A stretch of DNA of 56,146 bases, filler included, from Squatina squatina (GCA_031763465.1; 3 parts of 3 records of this genome joined end to end with filler, not necessarily neighbours in it), one strand, 5' to 3'; shown: positions 1 to 11,993, counted from the whole stretch's first letter. The notes: a model not told the origin generated them from the sequence alone. A program made the numbers and translations.

Positions 1-40
1 TGCTTAATTTTCAGTACTTCTGAACGCCTTCATTCTCTAA

Positions 41-235
<195 letters not shown>

Positions 236-630
236 ACATACGTTGTGGACCAAATTTCACCAGGCCAAGTTGTACAATTTCCATTTCTTGGACTGTTGCT
301 TTTTTTCTCCCCTTCAGTCCAGTCAGAGAAGCGTGTGCAGCTTGTCAGCAATCTGGTACAGGGGTTTCTTCTAATGAACCTATTCTTGATGTTGGATGTG
401 AAGTTAACTGTTAAATCACTGCAGAGTGGTCTATGACTACCTTCTGGGAAACTTCTGTTCTAATTGATAAAGCAGATTCAGCAGCTTTTGCAGTGGGTAT
501 AACTGTAGCCTGAAAAAATACAAAATGCTTATGGAATTTCATTTTTTTATTTCAGTAGGTGACATATGATAAATGTACACGTTTGAACGAGCTGAGACTT
601 AAAATGTTAAGGAACTTAATATGAACTGAT

Positions 631-636
631 AATAAA
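631..636 (+). terminator. Probable VCP polyadenylation signal
   Basis: AATAAA about 400 nt after the VCP stop, followed by GT-rich sequence (attgtgtgttg). Confidence 0.7.
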
Positions 637-2221
637 ATCTGAATTGTTGCACCTCCAATAATGAATTGTGTGTTGCCTGAATTTTAAGCTGCAGTTTCAG
701 GTTAAGCCACCGAATTGGTTCATGAAAGACATTTCATGTGGTCTGTTTGCAGCTTTTGGCCTGTTGCAGAGTAAAAGCTTATTCTCAATGTGTGTTGAAT
801 TATGTTTACAGTTGACCTCTGAAGGTGCAGTAATCATCTTTTAAACTGGAAAAGAATTGAATGTGATTTGTAGTACAGTGGCAGTAGTGTACTGGTACTC
901 ATTTAGCAGGGCCAATTTTTATAAAAGAATGATCAATGACCCCCCTTGGGTGTCACTTGCCACCTATCTAATAACGGCACATGTCTTACCTTCTGTGTGG
1001 CATTTCCTGATCTTCTTCTCTGGTCCTTCGTAGAATTGAATCATTGCAAGGTGGTTCGGGGGTAGTTGACATGACACTAGGGAATCGAGGTCTCAGTGTT
1101 TGCTGTAATGCAAAGAACAGGGTTTGGAAACTCTCTTAATTGTGCTATTTAATTCAGAATGAGTCACTGCTCCTGCAGAGATGCGTGGCCTTACTTTATA
1201 AGGANNNNNNNNNNNNNNNNNNNNNNNNNNNNNNNNNNNNNNNNNNNNNNNNNNNNNNNNNNNNNNNNNNNNNNNNNNNNNNNNNNNNNNNNNNNNNNNN
1301 NNNNGTGTCAATACTAACACTCTGCACAATTAAATTTTTATTGGAAACCCATTACCTTTAGTAAAGTTCTTGCAAACTTCACTGCAAATCTGCACCCAGA
1401 ATGTTGCTGGTGATTATGTCATGTTTATTTATTGAATTATTCAGAAATTATTTAAATAGATTTAAAAAATTAAGTTTGTCCACTGCTACTTGCCTCACCC
1501 AAACACATATGGTAGCGATTATACAAGTCTTAGAGATATCTGTTCATATCCTTAACATTAGAATTATTTCCCCATATTTTATTAATTGTTCCACCAGTTT
1601 AAGAGAAATAAAAGTTGATTTAAAAAGGGAAAATCTCCAAAATATGTGAGGGATGATTTTGGACAGTAGTTGACTTTCAGTAAGGGTCATTAAAAGGGAA
1701 GTACGGATGACTTGAATCTCTCCAAACTCTCATTCCATCTCTCTGCAAAAGTAAGGAAAGATCAATCAGGTCCTGTAGTATTTCTGGCGAGTTTCACATT
1801 TATTCAATGGTGCTTAGAAATGTGTAATTTTCTGTGCAGGAACAGGTGTATAAACTGGTTAGTCAGCTCCTGAAAAAATAGCTTTCTGTTCGCCCAAGAG
1901 ACTCCCACTTACCTGCTGTTGTTTCCAAAGTATTGTGCTTCTTAATTTCTAACATTTGCAGTTTTTTTGCTTTTTATTTCCAACATTGGAATGCACAAAT
2001 AAACTTATGTTGCAGGTAGCAAATTGGTAAAAGTTGTGCTGCTTTTCCACATCTTTATCAGTGGACCTTCTGCAGTGAACATTTTCTGCCATGACATTAA
2101 TTGGGATGTATATCCACAAGGAGACAGAGTAAAGGAGGAAAAATGGCAAGCTACACGAGACTGGTGGAGACCAGTTATAGAGTGGCTAGGGGGACAGTTG
2201 CTTATCCTCTTGGACATGGGC

Positions 2222-2478
2222 TGATACACAGCACTATGGTACACACGGAAGGGTATCCAGCACTGTGGTACGCATGGAAGGGTACACAGCACTATGGTGC
2301 ACATGGAAGGGTACACAGCTCTATGGTACACATGGAAGGGTACACAGCACTGTGGTACACGTGGAAGGGTAAACAGCTCTATGGTACACATGGAAAGGTA
2401 CACAGCACTGAGGTACACATGGAAGGGTAAACAGCACTGTGGTATACATGGAAGAGTACACAGCACTGTAGTACACAT
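2222..2478. repeat. 29-bp minisatellite, about 9 copies, runs into a gap
   Basis: Unit GGGTACACAGCACTGTGGTACACATGGAA repeated head to tail (copies start at 2222, 2251, 2280, 2309, 2338, 2367, 2396, 2425, 2454). Confidence 0.95.
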
Positions 2479-2578
2479 NNNNNNNNNNNNNNNNNNNNNN
2501 NNNNNNNNNNNNNNNNNNNNNNNNNNNNNNNNNNNNNNNNNNNNNNNNNNNNNNNNNNNNNNNNNNNNNNNNNNNNNN

Positions 2579-3182
2579 AAACCCTCCCAAGCGAAAACCA
2601 GGAACTTGCGAACTGTCAAGGATCTCCTTGACAGATTCAACGCATCCCTGAGAAAAATTTACCCAACTTCTACTCAGAGACTGCCCGTGAAATTCTTACA
2701 CCTGGTAAAAGCAGGCATGAGGCCTGCTTTTACCAGCATAAGAGTTAAAAAGAATCAATCATTTATACATTAAAAACCCTGTGCAATAAGGCAAGTTTAT
2801 TTTTAGCCCCGTTAAATCATGTAAATTTATCTTTCAACAAATTAAATTTTTGTTTTAACTATTTAATTAAATAGAATTTTTAAATTATTTTAAATATGTA
2901 ATTTTTTTCTTTGAAGTGTAGATGTATTTTTGGGGGTATTCCCATTCCCATAAGCATGAATGTGGATTCCCTTCTTTTATTGGTTGGGCCGACCCACGTG
3001 ATCCCAGGGGCGCTTGCAAACCGTGTGCGCCCCTGGGACACGTGGGTCTCTACCCCCAGGAACCCAGAGGGGCCCAGGAGCGCAAGTTTCCGTACCTCCC
3101 AGACCACCAGGTACGCGGGCATTTGATTTGCAGATCGGGGACATCTCCCTGCGGGGAAGCCTCCGACCACAAATTCAGGGCC
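2579..3182. mobile_element. GC-rich non-autonomous DNA element (MITE-like) fragment
   Basis: CpG-rich segment with an internal hairpin, ending in AAATTCAGGGC; similar termini occur on other GC-rich interspersed blocks in the window. Confidence 0.5.
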
Positions 3183-3251
3183 GTGAACTCTGTTTCTCTC
3201 TCCACAAATGCTGCCTGACCTGCTGAGTATTTCTGGCATTTTCTGTTTTTA
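3183..3251 (+). mobile_element. Penelope-like element terminal repeat fragment
   Basis: tttctctctccacaaatgctgcctgacctgctgagtatttctggcattttctg; the same motif occurs inverted at 5382-5435. Confidence 0.6.
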
Positions 3252-3324
3252 AAACAGGAGTAACTTGTTTTCTAGAAAATAACAAGACCCAATACAACCT
3301 TTGTAGCAACATGCTTGCTAAGTT

Positions 3325-3778
3325 ATTCCAGTTGAATGCACTATACTCAGCTGCCTATTTCCTGTCGTGCACCCTATTCTGCTCTCTCACCACCCCTGAC
3401 CTCACTGACCTAAAATGGCTCTGAGTTGCCCAACACCTCAAATTTAAAATTCTCATCTGCATATTTAAATCCCTTCATGGCGTCACCCCTCCCCATCTCT
3501 TTAACCTACTCCAGCTCTACAATTTTCTTCCCATCATTGCTGCTGTGCCTTCAGTTGCCCAGGCATCATGCTAAGGAATTCTTTCCCTAAACCAGTCTAA
3601 CTCTACTGCTCCTTAAAACCCATCTCTTTGACCACGCATTTGGTCAGCACTCCTAATAGCTCCTTGTTTAACTTGGAATGCATTTTTTTTGATTATGCCT
3701 CTGTGAAGCACATTGGAAGTTATTCTACATTTTTACATTAAGGAGCTATATTAATATAAGTTCTTACTATTGTTGTTA
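3325..3778 (+). mobile_element. L2-clade LINE 3' end, degenerate
   Basis: Contains tttaaaattctcatc..tttaaatcccttcatggc (FKILI..FKSLHG), ctccttaaaacccatctctttgacc and a tgttgtt tail typical of L2 3' ends. Confidence 0.75.
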
Positions 3779-4599
3779 TGCCATCCATACACTTTTAAAA
3801 TCTTGTTGAATTGTATTGGTCTTGTATTATCAATTCCAAAGCATGACAAATATTATTAATTGAACACTCAGATGCCTAAAACTAGTTGAAGTTTGCAAAA
3901 TATTATGCCACTGACAAGACAAAAGTGTTACCTCAATATTTTCCTTAATCCTGGAGGGTGTAGCACTCTTTGGTATACATGCTAATCCTCTTTGCACTTG
4001 CCACCTAGAAATGAAAAAATTTGATTATGTTTTCGTTTTTGTATGGCAGAGAATTTTAAATTATTAATCTGAACACCTGAAGTGTCCATCAGTGTACATA
4101 ATAAATATGAAATTAAACTCAGTTAGTCCTATTGGGACCAAGGTTTGAACCAGTTTAGGAAAATAAACTCAATTGTCTTTTCAAGCTGCCAAAGTTTACG
4201 AGTGACCTGACGCCTCAGTTTAGTGAGTGGTGGCAGTTTAGAATTCAGCAAAGGAGAACAAAGGGATTAATTAAGAGGGGGAAAATAGAGTATGAGAGTA
4301 AGCTTGCAGGGAACATAAANNNNNNNNNNNNNNNNNNNNNNNNNNNNNNNNNNNNNNNNNNNNNNNNNNNNNNNNNNNNNNNNNNNNNNNNNNNNNNNNN
4401 NNNNNNNNNNNNNNNNNNNGAACATAAATGTTCATGTAAAATAAAGTTTGTGAAAAAGATTGCCGAAGACTACAGAGTGTCAGCTTCACTAAGTTGAAAA
4501 CACTCGCCTCTTCGGTGATAAACGTGTTGCATCACAGCTACTTGGCACCACAGCACAGTTAGTGCAGTAAATCTGAATGTTGCATTATTGGAAGTGGCG

Positions 4600-4818
4600 T
4601 CAGGTGGATGTCAAAACATCCCATGGCACTATTCAAAGAGGATCACCAAGGACTTCTAGTGTCAGAGCTAACATTCCTCCCTGGATGAACTAATAAATTA
4701 TCCAATTTCTGTTTGTGCGCCATGAGCAGAATAATTGCCGTATTTGCGCACAGAACAGCAGTCACTCCACTTCAAAATATTTTGTTGTATGTGAAATGAT
4801 TCACTTTGAGACACTTGA
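4600..4818 (+). mobile_element. Deu-domain SINE (SacSINE1/AmnSINE-like) fragment
   Basis: caggtggatgtcaaaacatcccatggcactattcaaagagg ... cagtcactccacttcaaaa matches the Deu core as I recall it; second copy at 9266-9515. Confidence 0.7.
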
Positions 4819-5381
4819 ATATTTGTTCTGAAGTATTATTTATTTAGGTCTGTGGCAATTAGAATGCCACTATTTTGCAAAGTTTTACAGTTGTTACAGA
4901 AAACTGATAGCAAAGTTAACATTTTTGAAATAAAAATGATTCTGCAACAGCCATTCTGAAGCTGAACGTTTGTGTGCTTGAGTTATTTGTGTGTCTGAAG
5001 CAATAGTTCTTATAGGAGAACTTTCTATTGCACTGAATTCCCAAGGGTATAAAATATTGGTGTTTGAATGTTCCTGGACTGGAGTCTAATTCTCAGAAAT
5101 AACAGGCGTCACAGTCACACTAGTGCAGTTGGAAGTGATAGTCGAAGAATGGGGTTACAGCTCTAGTTGCTAAATTTGAGTTCTGAGACTAGTCTAACTC
5201 TATGGGAGAATATTCAACTTGGAAACACCCATTCAGCCTCCAAAAGAGTAAGTGCTAAGGCTGGGTCTTGATCTGGCACACCTGTTTCCCGTACAGAATT
5301 TGCCTGTTGTCATTTTGAATCGAGCGTCTTGTCTGTCTGCCTTAAATTGGCACATGCCTATTTAAACGTGTTAATTAGGGT

Positions 5382-5696
5382 CAGAAAATGCTGGAAATAC
5401 TCAGCAGGCCAGGCAGCATCTATGGAGCGAGAAACAGTTAACGTTTCAGGTCGATGACCTTCTGTCAGAAATTAGAGATGTAACAGGTTTTAAACAGGTG
5501 CAGAGGCAGGGATGAGGGATGGGGGAGGGGGAGAGGAAAGAACAAAAGGAAAGATCTCTGATCGGGTGGAAGGCAAGAGAAATTAAAAGATAAAAGGGAT
5601 GACAGTACAAAGCAAAGGGAGATGATAATCGTACAACTGAAGAAACAAAAGATGAGTCTCAAAGAGGTGTAACTGGGAGTGGCAGAAACATCAACA
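5382..5696 (-). mobile_element. Penelope-like element terminal region with degenerate minimal hammerhead motif
   Basis: Minus strand reads CTGACAGA-AGGTC-ATC-GACCT-GAAA-CGTT-AACTG followed by gatgctgcctggcctgctgagtatttccagcattttc. Confidence 0.65.
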
Positions 5697-5889
5697 ATGT
5701 GTTTTCTACCATAACCCTTTTTTGTCTTTTAATGGTAATTAATGGGATGCCTCACTTAGAATGCAGATAAAACAGGAAAATTATTCTACTAAGTGGAATT
5801 TTCCTAGTTTTTTAGTGAAAGTCAGGAAAGTGTAGTTACGGATAGTAACTTGATAGCTTCCTCTTGGAGACATTTGTGTCCTTGCCTAT

Positions 5890-7537
5890 GTACTGTTTAA
5901 GAAAACTGCATTGATAACCTGGCCACTACCCAAGAAGTGGGAGATGAGCAAAGATCTGCAGACAACTACAAACTTTTGATAAGATAACCTGAAAGCCCAA
6001 GAATGGCTTGTATTGGATGGCACGTGTTACATGATATTGAGATGTGCAAATGTGATTTGTTACATATGAAGCAATTACCATCCAGAAATGCATGGTGAAT
6101 TTGCACTGAAGAACGGATCTCAGACAAACTCAGTTACTTGACAACAGCAAGACATGAAATGGTTAATGTGGCTCAGGAGAGTGAGACAACTTTTAAAGCA
6201 TTGACACATACTCCATCGAGAAACTATCCAATTAATGAATAATCAGAATAGAGTTGGATACACTGATAACTGTCAGAGGGATTAAAATTTAAGTAAAAAG
6301 CAATATAGAGTTTGGATTGGGACAATTAAAGGCTTGGGAGAAATAAATTTAGCAAGAATTATCCACAAGATGGATACGAGTAGAAATGAGATCGGGAGAA
6401 TCTTTTAAGTCCATGACCTGTTGATTAGATGTTAGACTGTAGCGTTGCTTGAAATGATTGTGTGACTGAATTTAACTGTGATTGTAACAATTGTGTTTTG
6501 TAGATAACAGAGCGTGGGAAAAGCCAGTGCAAAACCAATAAGAGGTGGTTCTGGTGGTGCCTACTGTGTCACCACTACCGCGACTACCATGTTTACGGGT
6601 CTAACAGGACCTGTCCCATTGACAACATAGGAAACGATTCACACTGGTGGGATATTGGGCTTAATATATAAGCATACCCTTGGGTTCATATTATTTCACA
6701 CATTCTGATAGTTCTCCAAATTGTAATGATAGAATATTTGATCACAAGCCAATTGAGTACTCATTCCTATGAATAAACAGTGCTAGAAAATGTTTTAATT
6801 GAACACATCAAAAGAGAAGATCTGAGACAGAGTAGAGGAGATCCCAGGTGGAATAAGATCTGGAAAAATAGAAGAAACAGAGGATACCCCAGGCGGAGCA
6901 GAATTGGAACACCGGAACAGTGAATTGAATTTAATAAGGGATCAGAGGTTGCTCCTCCCTGTCAAAGGAATGGACTGTAAGAAAGGGGAAAGTCAAACGA
7001 ATAAATTAGAGTTGGCATGGTTGGTAGAGAACCGAATTTGAGAGGTCGAAATTGAGTTTTCTCTCTCTCAAGGTGGGGACTGTTGGAAAATAACGATATC
7101 TGAAAACTATATCGTTAGGTGAATGAAATTGTAATCAGAAAAATACTATGCTTAAATGATTGTACATTTGTTTTTACTAGGAAGATGTATTTGGAATGAA
7201 GACAGTGTTTCAATGAGTTAGATTAGAGTATAGATAACACTTCCACAGGAAGGCCTCACAGCAGGAGTTATCTATCTTTGTAACTTTAAAGTTTTGAATT
7301 TCTTTGATGTAAATTATCCCTTTTAGAATGGAGTTTTGCTGGAGTGAGTTACTGAGATGACCAGTTGTTGTCCCCAGATCAAGAGATAACTTTTTTTCAT
7401 CTCAGGGACCTCAAAGGATCTTTTTTTAGACTTGGTGACTCTGGGTTTTGGGGCACAGTAGAGACGAACTTAGATTGATTAATGAACAAGAATGGGAGGG
7501 CTTTGATTCTGTAGAATTGTGCCCAAAATGAAGATTT
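5890..7537 (+). mobile_element. Decayed endogenous retrovirus-like 3' end: env-like relic, polypurine tract, LTR-like start
   Basis: Broken frames give Cys-rich peptides (CVTEFNCDCNNCVL, GSGGAYCVTTTAT, YGSNRTCPID), a Trp-rich segment and a hydrophobic helix (HWWDIGLNI*AYPWVHIISHILIVLQIVMI), then AAGGTGGGGAC|TGTTGG at 7070-7086. Boundaries are approximate. Confidence 0.55.
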
Positions 7538-7637
7538 NNNNNNNNNNNNNNNNNNNNNNNNNNNNNNNNNNNNNNNNNNNNNNNNNNNNNNNNNNNNNNN
7601 NNNNNNNNNNNNNNNNNNNNNNNNNNNNNNNNNNNNN

Positions 7638-7986
7638 TCATCCCTCTTTAGCTCTGTAACCTTCTCCAGTCTGACAAACCCCCCCACCCCATCTTATTGT
7701 TCTGTTCCACTGCCCTGCCTTCTTGTATCCTCCTCCTTTCTCTCCACCATTAGCAGTTTTTCCTTCATCCGCACACTCTGGAATTTCTTACCTAAACATA
7801 TCAGCCTCTCCAACTCCTTCTCAGTTTCAAGATCCTTCTTAAAAACTTCTCTTTGACCAAGCTTTTAGTCACTGATCCCAATCTCTGCTTCTTTAGCTCA
7901 GCGTTAATTTTTCCCCCTATACCTTGCTGAAGTGGGATGTGTTTCTATGTTAAGCAGTGCTACATAAATGCAAGTAGTTATTGCTG
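7638..7986 (+). mobile_element. L2-clade LINE 3' end, degenerate
   Basis: ctctgtaaccttctccagtc, ctctggaatttcttacctaaac, cttcttaaaaacttctctttgaccaagctttt, gctacataaatgcaagt; same family as 3325-3778. Confidence 0.75.
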
Positions 7987-8017
7987 TCATTTGTTCTGGA
8001 GCTGAGGCAACTACTCT

Positions 8018-8071
8018 GAGCAGGCTCGAGGGGCCGAATGACCTACTCTTGCTCCTAGTTCTTATGTTCTA
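8018..8071 (+). mobile_element. CR1 LINE 3' tail
   Basis: gagcaggctcgaggggccgaatgacctactcttgctcctagttcttatgttct is a typical CR1 terminus. Confidence 0.7.
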
Positions 8072-8481
8072 TACCAGAGGTAGACCGGGACTTGTGGAGA
8101 CAAAATTAGTTCAGAACCTGAATCCCCTGGTCATTGTTTTGAGATGCCTACCTTTACACTAAACTATATCTTACTTCTTGCCACCCCATCCCCCTTACTG
8201 CATCTAAAAAAAAAGCACCTGTTTGGAAATCTGATTGAGTTCACTTGAAATTTGAGATTTGAAAAACAAAGTACAAGAAGATAAGGCTGTTTTTCTAATC
8301 ATCAATTAGAAAATTCTTAAATTTACAAAGCTGCTCAACTTACATGCTTTGTACAAAGAACACAGTCTGAGTTCTCAATTACAAAAATAAAATGAAAAAA
8401 ATCTGAATTAAACTACTGTTTATAAATACAACATAGATGCCAAAAGGAAAAACAGAAGAGAAAGTTTCAGTCAAAATGCAG

Positions 8482-8487
8482 TTTATT
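8482..8487 (-). terminator. Candidate distal polyadenylation signal of DNAJB5
   Basis: AATAAA on the minus strand with T-rich downstream sequence; assignment to DNAJB5 is inferred across two gaps. Confidence 0.4.
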
Positions 8488-9265
8488 TTTTTTAAGAATT
8501 AAAATACAGATGGAAGTATTAACAGTGAACAATTTATAGGTTTGAAAAAGGACCTGTGTGGATTTTTCCTCTTTTGAAAGTCACTTTAAAATCAATAAAA
8601 AAATAAAATAAGATTCAGGAATAAGGTTCAACATTCTTTCTCAAGCAGCACCTGTGCTACTTTCATTCCTTTTTTTTAGGCAACTAATGTCAGGACCAAG
8701 TCTCTCATTTATTATCCTCCAGATGTAATATTTGGAAACATTTTTTGTGTGAACAAGTACATTATATAATAGAAAGTCATTATTTCTCTTAACAAAGTAT
8801 AGGGGACAAGAAAGTAATTTGACCCATAGAAGTCACCTTCTTTCAGCAGACCCAGCACAGTTTATACTGTCGTGGACACTCTTGGCTTGTTAAGTCTCCC
8901 AAGGGAGGCGAATTACAGCAAGTAACAATCAGAAGAAAGCTCCAGAATACCTGTCTGACTGAGAGCTAGCTCAACCTCAGGAAATAGCAGTTACAGCTCT
9001 CAAATATTCTCATTTGCATATCACAAATAATAAGCATGTAAATGTCATTATTTGTACAGTCCTTTAAAAACTCGCTCCTCTAAAATGTGACAATTACATC
9101 AACGCTGATTGCTCTTAACGAGATCATTTAAAATGCTGCTAGGATTTTTTTTTTTACTGAGAGCCTTCGGGCAATATCTTTGTGACTTTTCTCAGTATGG
9201 GTATTTACATGTACTTACAGTGAAGCAGATTCCTGTGTTGGTGTGTGGAAGTGCAATTCTTACCG

Positions 9266-9515
9266 TAATCCAGGCTGACATTCTCAGTGCTGTGCTGAGG
9301 GAGTGCTGCACTGTCAGAGATGCCGACTTTCACAAGAGTTATTAATTTGAGGCTGATAAAGATCTCATGGCACTATCCAAAGATGAGCAGGGTACTGGCC
9401 AACATTCTTCTCTCAAATAACACCACCAAACTGATCATCAGGGCAATTATCTCCCTGTCTGTGGGACCTTGCTGTGTGCAAAGTAGCTGCTCTGTCTGCC
9501 GATATTACAACAATT
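9266..9515 (+). mobile_element. Deu-domain SINE (SacSINE1-like)
   Basis: ccaggctgacattctcagtgctgtgctgagggagtgctgcactgtcagagatgccg ... gatctcatggcactat ... tgtgggaccttgctgtgtgcaaa. Confidence 0.75.
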
Positions 9516-9767
9516 CGTTTACAAGGTTGATACCAGAACAGAGGTTATAACGATCAGGAAAGACGGAACAGGCTAGGGCTCTTTTCTCTGGAAAAGAGAA
9601 GGCCGAGAGGTGATCTGATAGAGATCTTTAACATAATGAAAGGGGTTGATAGGATAGATGTAGAGAAGATGTTTCCACTTGTGGACGAGACCAGAACGAG
9701 GGGCCATAAATACAAGATAGTCACTGATAAATCCAATAGGGAATTCAGGAGAAACTTCTTTACCCAG
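9516..9767 (+). mobile_element. CR1 LINE ORF2 C-terminal fragment
   Basis: Translates RLGLFSLEKRRPRGDLIEIFNIMKGVDRIDVEKMFPLVDETRTRGHKYKI..RRNFFTQ. Confidence 0.93.
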
Positions 9768-10965
9768 NNNNNNNNNNNNNNNNNNNNNNNNNNNNNNNNN
9801 NNNNNNNNNNNNNNNNNNNNNNNNNNNNNNNNNNNNNNNNNNNNNNNNNNNNNNNNNNNNNNNNNNNGATAAAGTGTGCAAAAGGCAGGTTCAAAAAATA
9901 AAAAAATTTCTAGATCTGGCAACTTCATGGTGCTCTTTCAACTTTTTTTTTTAAATCACTAATTTAAGAGATTTTCATTGCCACATTACACATTTGAACC
10001 ACTGTTCATAATTTTGTATGCAGTCATACAGACATAAAAAGGTGGAACATTTTCAAAGCTTCTAGCCAATACACAGATTGCACTTTTTCCTTCACTCGTT
10101 GGCGACTTGTTTTGACTTATGTGGGGGTGGGGGAGAAAGAAAGAAAATGGTAAACAAAAACATTGCCAAATAATTTTGCATTTGAAAAAACTAGGAAATA
10201 GTTTTTGCAATCTATTGCAAACTAGAGACCTATTTACCAGATTATAAAATAATGATAACTGTTCTGTTCAATGCACAGAAAGCTTGATAGCAGCAGGTGC
10301 TCAGCAGCAAAAACATGCAGCCCTGAGTTACAGTGCACAGCAGAAACACTTTTTCCAAAGGGACTTTTCTATATTAGTTGTAGGGGCCCAAAAAAGACCA
10401 ACAAAAAAAATCCCTCTGTTAGAATGTCTCCTTTGCTTACATCATCTTGCCCAGTAAGATTTTGAAACTGCTGTCCAAGTCTTGAATGCACCAACTTCAG
10501 CCATAACACTAGTATAAATGAACAAAGCTCATGTATAACTATATGTCTAAACAATTGGTGGAAACTGGACTGGAGTGTGTTTGAGCTCATTGAAAGCAAA
10601 ATATAAAATTTGGTTTGGCTAGGCTGTGGAGGAGAACAATAGTATGACTGTACTGCAAAAAAGCTTATAAAAAGTGATGGCAGTCAATAACTGAAAAGGT
10701 GAATATAATATCTAATTTCAGAATTATGGTGGTATAGTGAAAGCTGGATGAATTAAAAAGCAGTACAAGTCATAATAATACACAAAACAAGGAAAGCCAA
10801 AAAAAAAAAGCCTATCAGGTATAAGAACTGCAGTGACTGTTAGCAGAAAGCTAGAAAACTTAAACATTACATTATACTTAGGAACTCATACAAAACAGAA
10901 GAAAATACAATGTTGGATATTTGACAAATACTGAATAGAAATATTTTTCAAATGATCACGGAGGG

Positions 10966-11042
10966 AAATCGACTAGGCTTATATTCACTGGAATTTAGAA
11001 GAATGAGAGGGGATCTTATAGAAACTTACAAAATTCTTAAGG
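10966..11042 (+). mobile_element. CR1 LINE ORF2 fragment
   Basis: NRLGLYSLEFRRMRGDLIETYKILK, ending at a gap. Confidence 0.9.
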
Positions 11043-11993
11043 NNNNNNNNNNNNNNNNNNNNNNNNNNNNNNNNNNNNNNNNNNNNNNNNNNNNNNNNNN
11101 NNNNNNNNNNNNNNNNNNNNNNNNNNNNNNNNNNNNNNNNNNNNNNNNNNNNNNNNNNNNNNNNNNNNNNNNNNNNNNNNNNNNNNNNNNNNNNNNNNNN
11201 NNNNNNNNNNNNNNNNNNNNNNNNNNNNNNNNNNNNNNNNNNNNNNNNNNNNNNNNNNNNNNNNNNNNNNNNNNNNNNNNNNNNNNNNNNNNNNNNNNNN
11301 NNNNNNNNNNNNNNNNNNNNNNNNNNNNNNNNNNNNNNNNNNNNNNNNNNNNNNNNNNNNNNNNNNNNNNNNNNNNNNNNNNNNNNNNNNNNNNNNNNNN
11401 NNNNNNNNNNNNNNNNNNNNNNNNNNNNNNNNNNNNNNNNNNNNNNNNNNNNNNNNNNNNNNNNNNNNNNNNNNNNNNNNNNNNNNNNNNNNNNNNNNNN
11501 NNNNNNNNNNNNNNNNNNNNNNNNNNNNNNNNNNNNNNNNNNNNNNNNNNNNNNNNNNNNNNNNNNNNNNNNNNNNNNAGCAAAAATGTTGTTCTACATG
11601 CTTCAACGTGGCTAGATACTGGCCACTTCTTTATCTCTGTTGAACATGAATCATTTTAGCCAACACAGGATCAAACTATGATTCAGAAGTGTGGAAAACA
11701 AACCAAAAAGGATGTAACAGTGACAACTCTGGTGCAGAAAAAAATGACCATGTAGTCACTTTGCAGAATTAAGATAGACAAGCAGACAGATGTTCTCTAA
11801 ATTAGGGAACCAGTGAGTACAACATTTGGATTGCTTCATTCAGTGATGAAATCTAGATGTCATAAAAGAACTGAAAGTTTCTGACTTAAAATAATTTTCT
11901 TTAAAGGGTATTACATTATATTAGAAAATGTATGATCCTTTGTTCATTCTTCACACTTCTGGCACAGTATCAAATATTGCTTTGATTTGAGTT

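Noticed and set aside
2222-2478. CRISPR-like array, or the repetitive ORFs 2101-2430, 2294-2773 and 2005-2640
   Set aside because: The units are directly adjacent with no unique spacers, the context is vertebrate, and the ORFs are translations of the minisatellite.
10952-11659. Long ORFs of 185-235 aa
   Set aside because: They consist almost entirely of N gap; the same applies to many other X-containing ORFs in the track.
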